A stretch of DNA of 64,000 bases, from positions 32,000-95,999 of the forward strand of contig CAKZKD010000037.1 in assembly GCA_937121175.1 (NCBI GenBank). Direction: 5' to 3'. Source of the stretch: an uncultured Flavobacteriales bacterium. GTDB lineage: Bacteria > Bacteroidota > Bacteroidia > Flavobacteriales_G > Salibacteraceae. Within the stretch, counting starts at the first letter, position 1, and each line of letters begins with the position of its first letter. This document shows, piece after piece, positions 62,436-64,000 of this stretch. Position numbers and translations under genes: made by a program. Under the pieces are notes generated by a model. The model was not told the origin of the DNA. It did not search any database and saw only the letters and a list, made by a program, of their open reading frames with translations.

Positions 62436-63173
62436 CTATTTTTTAAGAATTCTGTAACGGTCTTTTCCAATAATGAGATTGTATTTTCCGGCTGGGTAGG
62501 TTGCAAAGTGTATGGTCGCAGAAGTGTTTTCCAATTTGGTTCGATAAAGAATTTTATCGGTTTTATTGTCTTCTATTTTTACCAAGTATGTTTTGCTGTC
62601 AGGATTTTTTAGAAGAACAGAAAAACTATTTTTATTTAATGTAATAGAAACCTCATTGGTTGTTTTTCCCTTTAAATCACCTGCGAATATCCGACCTGTT
62701 TTATTCGCGGAATTTGGTGTTGGAATTTGATAGTCATTCGAAGTACTGCCATCTGGTAGAAGGCCAAACGCAACATTAGTAAATTGTCTTTTGTATTTCA
62801 GTTTGTGGCATAAAGTGCCGTTCGGAAAGCTCAAATAAATGGACTCGCCTTTTTGATTGAGTTTGAAATTGGTATTTAATTCCTTAGAGTTTCCATTTCC
62901 ATTTGCCCAAAATAGAAGATGATTTTTCGGCCCAATTGCAGTTCCACTTGGAATCGGGTACATTTTTAGCGTGTCTTTATCGTCTGATAAAAAGAATCCT
63001 GACAAATCCACCGTTTTGCTTGAAGCATTATACAACTCAATGTAGTCGTACGATTTTCCATCTTCACTTTTAAGAAGGCCTTTATTTTGAGTAAGCACCT
63101 CGTTTATAAAGACATCTTGTGCAGATGAAAAGCCAAGAAAAAGAGTGAACAATATGGTGATGAATCCTTTCAT
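62436..63173 (-). CDS. Lamin-tail-domain (LTD) protein, secreted (possible T9SS tail)
   Basis: It has a signal peptide. The LTD signature is VFINEVLTQNKG...DYIELYNASSKTVDLSGFFLSDD. The C-terminal beta-rich ~70 aa resemble a sorting domain, but this is uncertain. Confidence 0.7.
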   Translation of the reverse strand: MKGFITILFTLFLGFSSAQDVFINEVLTQNKGLLKSEDGKSYDYIELYNASSKTVDLSGFFLSDDKDTLKMYPIPSGTAIGPKNHLLFWANGNGNSKELNTNFKLNQKGESIYLSFPNGTLCHKLKYKRQFTNVAFGLLPDGSTSNDYQIPTPNSANKTGRIFAGDLKGKTTNEVSITLNKNSFSVLLKNPDSKTYLVKIEDNKTDKILYRTKLENTSATIHFATYPAGKYNLIIGKDRYRILKK

Positions 63174-63273
63174 AATTAGCAGTGCGCTAAATTAATTCTT
63201 TGGACGATTAATAATTCGCTTTCCTTTTCCGAACCCGAAAAATCTTTTAATCTTACCAAAGCTTTTAATTTTA

Positions 63274-63954
63274 GTGAATATGAATAGTGCCGAATCTATA
63301 ATTGAGTTTTTTAATAAATTAAACTCCCCAGTAGTTCAAACAAAAGGAGTAGAGGTACTAAACCCTTTACTACTTGACGAAACAAGAAATATTATCTCCA
63401 CTTTTTACTATAAATATTACAACGACAACCGCAAGAGAATAGCATTTATTGGTATCAATCCTGGACGTTTAGGTTCTGGTCTTACTGGAATTGGATTTAC
63501 AGACCCGGTAAACTTGAAAGAGAAATGTGGAATCGATAATTCTTTTCAACAAAAGCACGAACTGTCTTCTCGTTTTGTTTACGATGTCATTGAAGCTTAT
63601 GGGGGAGTAGAAGCTTTTTATCAAGACGTATTTATTTCCAGTACTGTGCCACTTGGATTTGTAAAAGATGGAATAAATCTGAATTACTACGACATTAAAG
63701 AATTAGAAAAAGAATTAACTCCGTACATAAAAACGCAATTTGAGCGTCAATTGAAATTTCTGCGCCGAGACGTGGCTTTTGTTGTCGGAAAAGGTAAAAA
63801 CTTAAAGTTTTTGGAGAAATTGAATAAATCGGAAGGCTATTTTGAGAAATTAGAAGTTTTGCCACACCCTAGATGGGTTATGCAATATCGACTGAAACAA
63901 AAACAAGAGTTTATTGCTGAGTTTGTACAAAAGATATCTAGTTGGGTCAAATAG
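63274..63954 (+). CDS. Uracil-DNA glycosylase superfamily protein (DUF4918/SMUG2-like)
   Basis: It has the UDG-superfamily motif-A-like FIGINPGRLGSGLTGIGFTD and a C-terminal HP..W block (LPHPRWVMQY). Confidence 0.6.
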   Translation: MNMNSAESIIEFFNKLNSPVVQTKGVEVLNPLLLDETRNIISTFYYKYYNDNRKRIAFIGINPGRLGSGLTGIGFTDPVNLKEKCGIDNSFQQKHELSSRFVYDVIEAYGGVEAFYQDVFISSTVPLGFVKDGINLNYYDIKELEKELTPYIKTQFERQLKFLRRDVAFVVGKGKNLKFLEKLNKSEGYFEKLEVLPHPRWVMQYRLKQKQEFIAEFVQKISSWVK

Positions 63955-64000
63955 CAAATTTTCCATTCTTTACGAACTCGCGTGAGAAATGTGACTCAAT

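Overview
This is an AT-rich chromosomal segment that looks like Bacteroidota, probably Flavobacteriia-like. The assignment rests on several proteins ending in type-A or type-B T9SS C-terminal sorting domains, a PorP/SprF gene, FKBP lipoproteins, and a TAnnTTTG-type -7 box. I found no rRNA, tRNA, CRISPR array, transposase or integrase. The window is mostly housekeeping genes.

Main gene content:
- A RimK cluster (240-2534).
- A complete thiamine operon, thiS-thiC-thiE'-thiD-thiE-thiG-thiH-thiF, on the minus strand (5362-12423), led by a clear TPP riboswitch.
- Single genes murQ, paaZ, dapA, ligA and prmC, plus a POT transporter and an MMPL/RND exporter.
- At least five large T9SS cargo genes interspersed among these: an S8 peptidase, a LamG protein, an SBBP protein, a roughly 17-repeat PKD protein with its PorP/SprF partner, and CotH.

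Points worth a second look:
1. A convergent cluster at 55.2-63.2 kb combines a T9SS-secreted CotH kinase-family protein, a lamin-tail-domain protein, a VTC (polyphosphate polymerase) domain protein, a DUF4956 membrane protein and a DUF2490 barrel. It is a candidate uncharacterised envelope or extracellular polyphosphate and phosphorylation system.
2. Around paaZ (24.8-28.6 kb), including a 1.27 kb gene-free gap, there are two families of hairpin or MITE-like elements. One shows a compensatory base-pair change between copies.
3. A GIY-YIG gene sits next to a tandem hairpin-repeat array beside the thi leader.
4. A diverged dapA 3-prime fragment lies downstream of the SBBP cargo gene and marks an insertion or replacement event.

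All functional calls come from motif and family recognition by eye. No database search was run.
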